64,000 nt of DNA from Eubacteriales bacterium. Its GTDB lineage: Bacteria > Bacillota > Clostridia > Oscillospirales > CAG-272. Location of the stretch: positions 123,200 to 187,199 of the forward strand of contig JAZOMF010000075.1 in NCBI GenBank assembly GCA_045653805.1. The letters are read 5' to 3'. This document shows, one piece after another, positions 39,696 through 48,311 of this stretch. How positions within the stretch are numbered: position 1 is the stretch's first letter; every line of letters starts with the position of its first letter. Made by a program: the position numbers and the translations under genes. The notes under the pieces were generated by a model. It was not told the origin of the DNA. It saw only the letters and a program-made list of their open reading frames with translations, and made no database searches.

Positions 39696-39728
39696 AAAAA
39701 ATCCGAGGCTTTTAGCCTCGGATTTTTT
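39696..39728. terminator. Bidirectional intrinsic terminator (murA unit / spoIVA)
   Basis: AAAAAATCCGAGGCT-TTT-AGCCTCGGATTTTTT. Confidence 0.88.
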
Positions 39729-39736
39729 ATACGACA

Positions 39737-41215
39737 TCAAAGAATGATACAAATAAGTCCGCCGCTTCCCTCGTTGATGATACGCTCAAGAGTTTCGGAA
39801 AGCTTAACGCGAGAAGCCTCGGGCATATGCTCAAGCTTGGAGTGGAGTCCCTCGTTCATAAGCTCGTAGAGGCTCTTTCCGAACATATTGGACGCCCAGA
39901 TCTTTTGAGGATCTTCTTCAAATTCGTTGAGCATATATTTCACAAGATCCTCGGATTGCTGTTCCGTACCAACGATAGGATTGATCTCGGTTTCGATATT
40001 GGCTCTTATCATATGGATTGATTGAGCCGATGCACGAAGTCGTACGCCATAGCCACCGGGTTGCTTGACTATTTCGGGATCGGCAAGACGAAGCTCGCTG
40101 ACATCAGGCATAACTATTCCGTATCCATTCTCCTCTGCTTCGTCAAGTGCCTCCTCAATCTTATCGTATCTCGCCTTCATTTCGGATAGCGACTTGAGAA
40201 GCGAGATAAGTTCCTCCTCACCGCTTATCTCAAAGCCAGTCAGCTCACTGATAACATCGTAATACAAGCCATCATTCATCGTTACCGATATGTGCGCTTT
40301 TCCCGTACCCAAGTCTATTTCGTCAACGGTTGCGCTCTTTATATACTCATTGTTCACCAAAGGTGCAAATGCATCCTTAATATCTCCTGCCTTCTTCACC
40401 TTGTCAGCGCACTCACGAACATCACTCAAAATAGAATCCTTTATTTTGTGTCTGCCATCAAGTGCCGTAGTCCATTCGGGCAGAGACACTCTTATTTCGG
40501 TAACGGGAAATTCATGAAGCACAAGTTCAAGTATATGTCGTATATCCTCGGCATCAAGATCAATACAAGAAACCAGTGCAACGGGCACGTCATATTTCGC
40601 CTCAAGCTCATAGGCTAATGCTACTGCCGCCTCACTTTCTGGGTGTGCGGAATTAAGTATCATAGCAAAGGGCTTTCCAAGGGCTTTAAGCTCGCCCACT
40701 ATTCTCTCCTCGGCTTCAACATAGCTGGGACGTGAAATATCCCCAATAGTGCCGTCAGTGGTGATGAGCATACCAATAGTAGAATGCTCACTGATCACCT
40801 TGTGAGTTCCCATCTCCGCCGCCTCGACGAAGGGCATAGGCTCTTCTCTCCAAGGTGTGCGAACCATTCTTGGCTGACCGTCCTCGATAGTACCCAGGGC
40901 CTCGGGAACTATGTAGCCTACACAGTCTACCATCTTGACTTTAAGGTTTGAGCAACCGTCCACACTTATCTGCACCGCTTCGTCAGGAATAAACTTAGGC
41001 TCAGTGGTCATAACCGTTTTGCCAGCCGCGCTTTGAGGCATTTCGTCTCTCGCCCGCTCTCTTGAATAGCCCTCGGCTATATTGGGAAGCACAAGTGCCT
41101 CCATAAATCTTTTGATAAAGGTAGATTTGCCCGTTCTCACAGGACCTACGACACCGATATAAATGTCTCCACCCGTTCTCTCGGCAATATCCCTATAAAT
41201 TGAATGCTCTGCCAT
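39737..41215 (-). CDS. spoIVA: Stage IV sporulation protein A (spore-coat morphogenetic ATPase)
   Basis: MAEHSIYRDIAERTGGDIYIGVVGPVRTGKSTFIKRFME. 492 aa from the RBS-supported ATG. Confidence 0.93.
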   Translation of the reverse strand: MAEHSIYRDIAERTGGDIYIGVVGPVRTGKSTFIKRFMEALVLPNIAEGYSRERARDEMPQSAAGKTVMTTEPKFIPDEAVQISVDGCSNLKVKMVDCVGYIVPEALGTIEDGQPRMVRTPWREEPMPFVEAAEMGTHKVISEHSTIGMLITTDGTIGDISRPSYVEAEERIVGELKALGKPFAMILNSAHPESEAAVALAYELEAKYDVPVALVSCIDLDAEDIRHILELVLHEFPVTEIRVSLPEWTTALDGRHKIKDSILSDVRECADKVKKAGDIKDAFAPLVNNEYIKSATVDEIDLGTGKAHISVTMNDGLYYDVISELTGFEISGEEELISLLKSLSEMKARYDKIEEALDEAEENGYGIVMPDVSELRLADPEIVKQPGGYGVRLRASAQSIHMIRANIETEINPIVGTEQQSEDLVKYMLNEFEEDPQKIWASNMFGKSLYELMNEGLHSKLEHMPEASRVKLSETLERIINEGSGGLICIIL

Positions 41216-41253
41216 AAAAATATCCTCCCACAAATTGAGCGTTGTTTCGCTAA

Positions 41254-41281
41254 ATTATATGGGAGGAATTTTAAATTTATT
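41254..41281 (-). promoter_or_regulatory. Possible sigma-E-type promoter of spoIVA
   Basis: Minus strand reads AATAAAT, 13 nt spacer, CATATAAT, compared with the remembered consensus ATATT-N14-CATACAAT. Match is only approximate. Confidence 0.3.
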
Positions 41282-41312
41282 ACAGTTTGTATTTTTTATT
41301 TGCGGACAAGCA

Positions 41313-43583
41313 TCAGCTTTCCATCTTGGACATCTCTCTTTGAGCCATTACAAGGCCGTAGTAGATTCCCTTCTTTTCTACAAGCTCATCGTGAGTGCCT
41401 ACCTCGGCAATCTTACCTTTATCAAGCACCACAAGGCGCGTTGCGTTTCGAAGGGTGGAAAGACGGTGGGCGATGGCTATTGTGGTTCTGTTTTTGGAGA
41501 GGTTCTGAAGCGCGTCCTGGATCTGCTTTTCGGTTTCGGTATCAAGAGATGCCGTAGCCTCATCAAGGATCAATATCTTGGGGTTATGAAGCAGTGCGCG
41601 TGCGATTGCAACTCTCTGTCGCTCTCCACCCGAAAGGCTATGACCCTTCTCGCCCACCTTGGTATCGTATCCGTCGGGAAGCTTGATGATAAAATCGTGA
41701 CATCCCGCAAGCTTTGCCACGGCAATTATCTCTTCTCGTGAAGCCTCGGGTTTGGCGTAAGCGATATTTTGGTAGATCGTTCCCGAGAAAAGGAAGGTTT
41801 CCTGAAGCACCACGCCCATTTGAGATCTCAAAGCATCTTGGGAAATATCTCTTATATCAACTCCGTCAACACAGATGCTTCCGTCCTCAACGTCGTACAT
41901 TCTCATAATAAGATTTATGAGAGTAGATTTACCAACGCCCGATTTTCCCACAAGACCGATAAATTCACCCGACTTAATGTGCAGATCAATATTGGTAAGT
42001 ACATCGGCGCACTTATCGTAGCCGAAGGAAGTGTTGTTAATATCAATGTCGCCCTTAATCGTAACGGTCACGGCATTGTCCTTGTCGCTTATCTCCTCGC
42101 TCTCGTCGATTATCTCGAACACCTTATTAGTTGACGTAAGGAAGTTTACTATCTGGCGGGGCAGGTGCGAGAACATTCTTAGAGGCCCGTAGATCATACT
42201 TGCGTAAAGCGAATATTTGGACATATCACCGATACTCATATCGGCGTTAAGTATGGCGTTACCAACGTACATAAGGATAATGAACTCACCAAAGCACATA
42301 AGGAACTGCATTATAGGCATAACGCTATACCAAAGAGTATCCGATTTCATCTGCAATTCTCTCTCCTCCGCCGCCACCTTTTCGTAGCGCAGAGTTTCCT
42401 TGCGCTCCATTCCAAAGGATTTAACCACACGTATTCCGGAGAAAATGTCGTGCAATACCGAGTTGGATTTCGCCGCTGCCTGCCAACAACGGCGGAAGAG
42501 CTTATGTATCTTTTTCCAAAGGAATCTAAATAGAAACACCACCAGCGGTGCGGGTATGAGAATGAGCAAAAGCAGTACGCCAAGATCATTAGCTATGAAC
42601 ATAACAGCAACTGCTATAAGCAATAGAGCCTGCTCTACGATAGACGGAAATGAATGAACCAAAAATCGCTGTATCTCGCCTACATCGTGAGAAACTCTTC
42701 TCATAAGCTCACCTGCGGTGCGCTGGGATATTTTTGCGATCGACAGTCTTTGTATCTTCTCAAAAAGCATATCGCGAAGATCGACTATCATACTGTTACT
42801 TGCATTTATCAAGGCGTGACTTCTAAAAACGCCCATTGCACGAAGAACCACTTGTGACAAAAGCAACAAAAGAACCACACCGACATATTTAAGTGCATCG
42901 GTATTTCCCGCAATGATATAATCATCAACCAGTACCTTATTTATTTCCGGAACAAAGAGGTTCAAGCAGCTGATAGTAACGAACAATATAATCGAAATGA
43001 ATATAAACCACTTATAGGGCTTGATTATTCCCCACAGGCGCTTTATGGTGGTCAGCTTGCTGACACAACGCGGACACTTTTGTGAACCTCTTGGCAAGGG
43101 TCTTCCGCACTTGGGGCATCTGCTCCTATGCTCAAAGCCAGCCAAGCCCACTTTGGCTTTCATCTTGTCATAGTATTCTATTCCTCGCTCGGCGATACGG
43201 TTGAGCATCTTTATACTTCCGATCATTCTCTTGGCGCACGACATGGTGCCGATGCACAAAAGATGAGTTTCACCGCTCTTCAAGGTATATGAAGCAAACA
43301 CGGTGCCAACGCCGTTATCGGTCTTGAAGGACACTACGTCATCAAGAGCTATCTTGCTAGAGACCGCTCCATCGATTATTACGTTGATGTATTCTCTATC
43401 AACGAATACCATTCCGTCAACTCTCACTCCCGCCTTTTCGGGATGGAGATCGAAAGTAAACAAAGAAACTACGTCTTCCCTTTGTACGTCAGGGAATATT
43501 TTCTTTAGCTTTTCTACGGGAGACACGCCATTTTTGCGCTTCCTTCGTCGAAGTCTCAACACGTTTTCACCGCCTTTCTTCAA
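41313..43583 (-). CDS. ABC exporter half-transporter (TMD-NBD) with ~185-aa N-terminal PH-like plus zinc-ribbon extension
   Basis: Walker A GKSGVGKST, signature LSGGERQR, Walker B ILILDEATA. The N-terminus carries CPKCGRPLPRGSQKCPRC before TM1. Start is uncertain: TTG at 43583, or GTG at 43562 behind AAAGGCGGTG. Confidence 0.85.
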   Translation of the reverse strand: MKKGGENVLRLRRRKRKNGVSPVEKLKKIFPDVQREDVVSLFTFDLHPEKAGVRVDGMVFVDREYINVIIDGAVSSKIALDDVVSFKTDNGVGTVFASYTLKSGETHLLCIGTMSCAKRMIGSIKMLNRIAERGIEYYDKMKAKVGLAGFEHRSRCPKCGRPLPRGSQKCPRCVSKLTTIKRLWGIIKPYKWFIFISIILFVTISCLNLFVPEINKVLVDDYIIAGNTDALKYVGVVLLLLLSQVVLRAMGVFRSHALINASNSMIVDLRDMLFEKIQRLSIAKISQRTAGELMRRVSHDVGEIQRFLVHSFPSIVEQALLLIAVAVMFIANDLGVLLLLILIPAPLVVFLFRFLWKKIHKLFRRCWQAAAKSNSVLHDIFSGIRVVKSFGMERKETLRYEKVAAEERELQMKSDTLWYSVMPIMQFLMCFGEFIILMYVGNAILNADMSIGDMSKYSLYASMIYGPLRMFSHLPRQIVNFLTSTNKVFEIIDESEEISDKDNAVTVTIKGDIDINNTSFGYDKCADVLTNIDLHIKSGEFIGLVGKSGVGKSTLINLIMRMYDVEDGSICVDGVDIRDISQDALRSQMGVVLQETFLFSGTIYQNIAYAKPEASREEIIAVAKLAGCHDFIIKLPDGYDTKVGEKGHSLSGGERQRVAIARALLHNPKILILDEATASLDTETEKQIQDALQNLSKNRTTIAIAHRLSTLRNATRLVVLDKGKIAEVGTHDELVEKKGIYYGLVMAQREMSKMES

Positions 43584-43604
43584 GATTTTATTTTGTGCAA
43601 AATT

Positions 43605-44147
43605 TTATAGGTAAAGTTCTATTTTTCTGTAGCTTTTTCTATCAAGCTCGGACACTTGAGCGATAGAATATCGGTTTCCGTCTACGTCGATAAGGATAAC
43701 GCTATCCTCACCCGTATGGATTATATTACGGAAGGTATCCTGCATGGTAAATTCAAACTTTTTACCGCTCTTGTCAGTGACCTTCCAATAGGAAAATCCG
43801 TATCTTTCCTTCTGAGAATGTATCACACTTATCTCGGGAGAAAAATACTTTCTTTCGATCTCGGTGACAAGCAACGCCTTATCCTCTTCTCCGAAATCAT
43901 CAATATTGTATATAAGACCTATCTCTCGGTTTTCTTCACCAAGCACCGCTATGTATTCCCAAAGCAGCTCGTGAGGAAATGCTCTGTGAAGAAAAACTCT
44001 GTCGTGCGACACTTCTTCGTCACCTGATTTAACGGTGACCATAAGAAATCCATTTTTCATCTTAAAGCTTGCATTTGAACCGTCAAGTCTTAATATCTTG
44101 GCGGCATCCTCAAGCATTATTTCATTTTTGTTTTCTATCTGTTCCAT
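43605..44147 (-). CDS. DUF1854 domain-containing protein
   Basis: 180 aa sandwiched between the two ABC genes. Block FLHRAFPHELLWEYIAVLGEENREIGLI...YFSPEI matches my memory of DUF1854. Confidence 0.7.
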   Translation of the reverse strand: MEQIENKNEIMLEDAAKILRLDGSNASFKMKNGFLMVTVKSGDEEVSHDRVFLHRAFPHELLWEYIAVLGEENREIGLIYNIDDFGEEDKALLVTEIERKYFSPEISVIHSQKERYGFSYWKVTDKSGKKFEFTMQDTFRNIIHTGEDSVILIDVDGNRYSIAQVSELDRKSYRKIELYL

Positions 44148-44165
44148 TTTTACCTCGTTTATAAG

Positions 44166-46460
44166 TCACTCGGTGATTCCCGCATTTTTGAGCGCTTCAA
44201 GCTGCAAGGTGTAGAGCTTATTATATACTCCGCCTTCAATTTCAAGCAGCTCCTTGTGAGTTCCCCTCTCCGCCACCTTGCCGTGCTCAATAACTATAAG
44301 CTCGTCGGCATCACGAAGGGTGGAAAGTCTGTGGGCTATCATTATGGTAGTTTTGTTTTGAGTAAGTGCGGTTATGGCATTTTGTATTCTCTTCTCGGTC
44401 TCGGTATCCATCGCCGCAGTCGCCTCATCGAGAATAAGTATCTTGGGATTTCGGAGAATGGCGCGAGCTATGGAAAGTCTCTGCTTCTCTCCTCCCGAAA
44501 GTCCTTTGTAGCCAAAGCCTATCATAGTATTATAGCCGTCGGGCATTTTGATAATAAAATCGTGGGCACCCGAGAGTTTTGCCGCCCTTATGACCTCCTC
44601 ATAGCTGGCTTCAGGGTTGGCATATTTGATATTATCAAGGATAGTACCGATAAAGAAGTAGGTCTCCTGGGAAACGATGGCGATATTGTCGTAGAGTGTC
44701 TTAAAGGAAAGATCCTTTACATCAATACCGTCAACAAGTATTTCCCCTTCTTGCGGATCGTAAAGTCGCATAAGAAGATTTACAATAGTGCTCTTTCCCG
44801 CACCGGTGTGGCCCACGATTCCCAAGGTCTTGCCCGCAGGCACGTCAAAGCTTACGTTATCGATGATCTTCCTATTTTTATTGTAAGAGAAATCAACGTT
44901 TTTAAACTCTACTCTACCCTCTACCGTGTCAAGGGTAATAGCGTTTTCCTTTTCGGTAATATCGGGCTCGGTATCGTATATTTCAAATAGTCTTTGGAGC
45001 GCATTGGTACTGGAAGCAGACCAGTCCACCATCTCAGCAAAGAAATACATTGGACTGTATATCATATTTACGTACGCCACGAACTTTATAAGCTTGCCGT
45101 AGGTGAAATCGTTGTATCCGTTAATAACCATCCATCCGCCAACACCGAGAGCTATGATGTTACCAAGATAAAGGATAAGTCCCAGCGAAGGATATACGTA
45201 ATTATTAAAAAGAGAGAGCTTTTTCTGATTTTTAGCCGCTTTTTTGCTGGTTTTACTAAATCTTTCTATCTCCGCCTCTTCTTGAGAAAAGGCTTTTACT
45301 ACTCGCATTCCTCCAAGCACGTCGGAAAGCTGACCGTTAAGCGAGCGCGAGCCGGAATAATTCTTGGCGTGGAGCTTCATTCCCATTCGATAGCTTCTCA
45401 ATATCAAAAGGAAGAATATCGGAACGGTTATGAGCGACAAAGCCGCCAAAAGCGGGTTTTCAATGAAAAGCAATACGCAAACTACGGCAACTTGAACCAC
45501 ATTTATAAGGAAATACGGTACTCCGTCGCAGAAAAAATTGTATATTGTGTTGGAGTCATTATTGACCTGGGTCATAAGTCCGCCGGTCTGTCTGCCGCCA
45601 AAAAATGTTAAGGACAGCTTTTCAATGGCAGTAAACACCGTCATTTTAAGATCAAATACAATTCTTGCCGCAATTCTTGCAGAAAGCACTCCGTTAATGG
45701 TGGAAAATGCTTGAGATAACAGTCTTGTTCCGACTATAATCGCGATTGCAAACAAAATGTCCTTATAGAATTTTCCACCCTCGGTAAGCACCTCGTCATA
45801 GAAAAATTCATTTGACAAGTAAGGCACTAAAATGCCTGTAGCAGTAAGCAGAACGAGGGACAAAAGCATAAATAATATGTATTTTTTATACTTAACAAGG
45901 AATATTCCAAATCTGCGGTAAAGCTTGCCCTTTTCCATACAACGGGGGCAGATCTTGCGGTTCTTATCGGGATAGCGCATGCCGCACTTGGGGCAACAAC
46001 GCTCGCGCGGGTCGTCTTCCTTATCGATCTCAAAATCGGGAGAGCTTATTTCCCCCTTTTTCATTCTTTCAAAGTACTTGACAAAAAGCAATACCGAATG
46101 TCGGCAGGTATTTGTCAGGGCAGTGAGAAAAACATACTCTCCGTCCTTTTTCTTGGCGGTAAGTCTTGCTCCCGACAAAAACTCCTCGAATTTAAGCTTG
46201 TCTATCTCGGATATGTCGTACTCACAGAATGAGGTCTCTCGCCATATTTTTTCAACTTTCTTTTTTCCGTCTCCTGATTCAAGCGCCTCGCTTCCGCTCG
46301 CAACGTAAATTTTCTCTGCGGTAGCAAGGATATAGGTGTCGCAAAATACGTGATCTCGGTTCATGTCGCAGTATGCCGCCAGCATAAGCTTCGAGCAATC
46401 TACTCCCTCATCTTCAAGAGATCTATATATATAACTCGGGATCTTATCTATTAAAAGCAC
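44166..46460 (-). CDS. ABC exporter half-transporter (TMD-NBD) with ~195-aa N-terminal PH-like plus zinc-ribbon extension
   Basis: GTG start behind GGAGGTG. N-terminal CCPKCGMRYPDKNRKICPRC. Walker A GHTGAGKST, signature LSGGEKQR, Walker B ILILDEATA. Confidence 0.85.
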   Translation of the reverse strand: MLLIDKIPSYIYRSLEDEGVDCSKLMLAAYCDMNRDHVFCDTYILATAEKIYVASGSEALESGDGKKKVEKIWRETSFCEYDISEIDKLKFEEFLSGARLTAKKKDGEYVFLTALTNTCRHSVLLFVKYFERMKKGEISSPDFEIDKEDDPRERCCPKCGMRYPDKNRKICPRCMEKGKLYRRFGIFLVKYKKYILFMLLSLVLLTATGILVPYLSNEFFYDEVLTEGGKFYKDILFAIAIIVGTRLLSQAFSTINGVLSARIAARIVFDLKMTVFTAIEKLSLTFFGGRQTGGLMTQVNNDSNTIYNFFCDGVPYFLINVVQVAVVCVLLFIENPLLAALSLITVPIFFLLILRSYRMGMKLHAKNYSGSRSLNGQLSDVLGGMRVVKAFSQEEAEIERFSKTSKKAAKNQKKLSLFNNYVYPSLGLILYLGNIIALGVGGWMVINGYNDFTYGKLIKFVAYVNMIYSPMYFFAEMVDWSASSTNALQRLFEIYDTEPDITEKENAITLDTVEGRVEFKNVDFSYNKNRKIIDNVSFDVPAGKTLGIVGHTGAGKSTIVNLLMRLYDPQEGEILVDGIDVKDLSFKTLYDNIAIVSQETYFFIGTILDNIKYANPEASYEEVIRAAKLSGAHDFIIKMPDGYNTMIGFGYKGLSGGEKQRLSIARAILRNPKILILDEATAAMDTETEKRIQNAITALTQNKTTIMIAHRLSTLRDADELIVIEHGKVAERGTHKELLEIEGGVYNKLYTLQLEALKNAGITE

Positions 46461-46522
46461 GAAAACACCTCCATTCCGCAGAAATTATATCAAAATTTGT
46501 AAAATATCCGACTATTAGATTT

Positions 46523-46551
46523 ATTATACAATTTTTCTGCAATTATGTCAA
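46523..46551 (-). promoter_or_regulatory. Exact consensus sigma-A promoter of the ABC-DUF1854-ABC operon
   Basis: Minus strand reads TTGACA, 17 nt spacer, TATAAT, about 60 nt upstream of the GTG start. Confidence 0.75.
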
Positions 46552-46692
46552 TCTTTTTCTTCATTCAGTTGGCTGAATGTTTGAATTTCGATTTTTTAGG
46601 CGTTTTTTCAACTGTTTACAATTTATTATCACTTTTAAATTAAAATTATGTTATCATAATATTGGAAATTATATAAAGGATATATAAATATA

Positions 46693-48087
46693 ATGAAAGG
46701 CTTAAAAACCATATTTATCTGCTCAAACTGCAGTTATCACTCACCTAAATGGATGGGTAAATGCCCCTCTTGTTCGAAATGGAATACCTTCGTAGAGGAC
46801 GTTATAAGCACTGCTCCCGAAGAAACCGCTGTCCCCAAGAGAAAGAGTATGCTTGCAAGTAATACCGAAAACCGCGCTATATCATATAACGAGCTTGAAA
46901 TCCCCGAATACATCCGATCCAGCACCGGACTTTCCGAGCTTGACCGCGTGCTTGGCGGGGGCTTAGTTCACGGCTCTGTCGTACTAATTTCGGGTGAGCC
47001 CGGAATAGGAAAATCCACCCTGCTGATGCAGATCTCCGAGTGTCTTGGAGATAGCCGCAAGGTGCTTTACATATCGGGCGAGGAATCGGGCGGTCAGCTC
47101 AAGCTCCGCGCTAAAAGATTGGGCGTTTCGGGAAAGAATCTTTTCGTGCTCACCGAGACAAATCTCGACAGTATTCTCAAAGAAGCCGACAAGATAAAGC
47201 CCGATATTATGATAGTCGATTCTATCCAGACTATTTATGATGATGCTATTAAATCAGCTCCCGGCAGTGTTACACAGGTGCGTGAATCTGCGCTCACTCT
47301 TATTAATCGCGCCAAGACCGAGGGCATCTCAATGCTCCTCGTCGGTCACGTTAACAAAGAGGGCGGAATTGCAGGCCCTAAGGTGCTTGAGCACATGGTT
47401 GATGCAGTTCTCTGCTTTGAGGGAGAGAAGCTTCAATCCTACAGGATCATTCGCGCCAACAAAAACCGCTTTGGCTCAACTAATGAAATAGGCGTTTTTG
47501 AAATGAGCGACAAGGGTCTTATCGAGATTCCCAACCCCTCGGAAATGCTGCTTTCGGGTAGACCCAAAAACACCCCCGGCAACTGCGCCGTATGCACCAT
47601 TGAGGGCACAAGACCTATAATTGCGGAGATTCAAGCATTGGTTTCCCCCACCGCATTCCCTGCTCCCAGAAGAACCGCAAACGGCATAGATTACAATCGT
47701 CTTTGCCTGATCATTGCAGTGCTCGAAAAGCGTCTGGGCTTGAAATTTTATCAGAACGACGTTTATATGAACGTTATCGGCGGTCTTTACTTAAACGAGC
47801 CCGCAAGTGATGCCGCAATTGCTCTCGCGCTTATCTCTTCCCTCACCGACAGAGCCGTACCCGATGACCTCATCGCCATTGGAGAGCTTGGTCTTTCGGG
47901 CGAATGTCGCGCAGTGTCCAATCTTGAGCAAAGAGTCAAGGAAGCGGCTCGACTCGGGTTTACCAAAGCAGTCATCCCCGCTAAAAACATTGAAAAACGC
48001 AGCTTTGATACCGACATTCAGTTAATACCCATACAAAGCATTTACGAGGCTATAAGGGTTCTGTCACACAAAGAGTCTGCGGATTGA
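46693..48087 (+). CDS. radA: DNA repair protein RadA
   Basis: Zinc finger CSNCSYHSPKWMGKCPSCSKW, Walker A GEPGIGKST, KNRFG motif and a Lon-like C-domain. Confidence 0.95.
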   Translation: MKGLKTIFICSNCSYHSPKWMGKCPSCSKWNTFVEDVISTAPEETAVPKRKSMLASNTENRAISYNELEIPEYIRSSTGLSELDRVLGGGLVHGSVVLISGEPGIGKSTLLMQISECLGDSRKVLYISGEESGGQLKLRAKRLGVSGKNLFVLTETNLDSILKEADKIKPDIMIVDSIQTIYDDAIKSAPGSVTQVRESALTLINRAKTEGISMLLVGHVNKEGGIAGPKVLEHMVDAVLCFEGEKLQSYRIIRANKNRFGSTNEIGVFEMSDKGLIEIPNPSEMLLSGRPKNTPGNCAVCTIEGTRPIIAEIQALVSPTAFPAPRRTANGIDYNRLCLIIAVLEKRLGLKFYQNDVYMNVIGGLYLNEPASDAAIALALISSLTDRAVPDDLIAIGELGLSGECRAVSNLEQRVKEAARLGFTKAVIPAKNIEKRSFDTDIQLIPIQSIYEAIRVLSHKESAD

Positions 48088-48146
48088 AAGTATACCCCTG
48101 TTTTAAAGTTGATCCGAATTACCTAAAAACAATATTCTAATTCCCT

Positions 48147-48180
48147 TTGGGGCTTGCTTTTAAGCAAGCCCCAATTTATA
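48147..48180 (+). terminator. Intrinsic terminator after radA (left edge of the island)
   Basis: TTGGGGCTTGC-TTTTAA-GCAAGCCCCAA followed by TTTATAT. Confidence 0.8.
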
Positions 48181-48244
48181 TGTTTCAAATTTTGATTTTT
48201 TTAGCACTACATGCAAAAAATTTATAAAAACACGTCTTTCATAT

Positions 48245-48273
48245 TTGACAAGATATATTTTTTGTGGTATAAT
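48245..48273 (+). promoter_or_regulatory. Exact consensus, extended -10 sigma-A promoter of the TerB-N/ATPase/helicase operon
   Basis: TTGACA, 17 nt spacer, (TGg)TATAAT. The RBS AAAGGAGAGG follows about 25 nt downstream. Confidence 0.8.
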
Positions 48274-48311
48274 GATATATTACAGAAATACTCTTGAAAG
48301 GAGAGGAAAAT

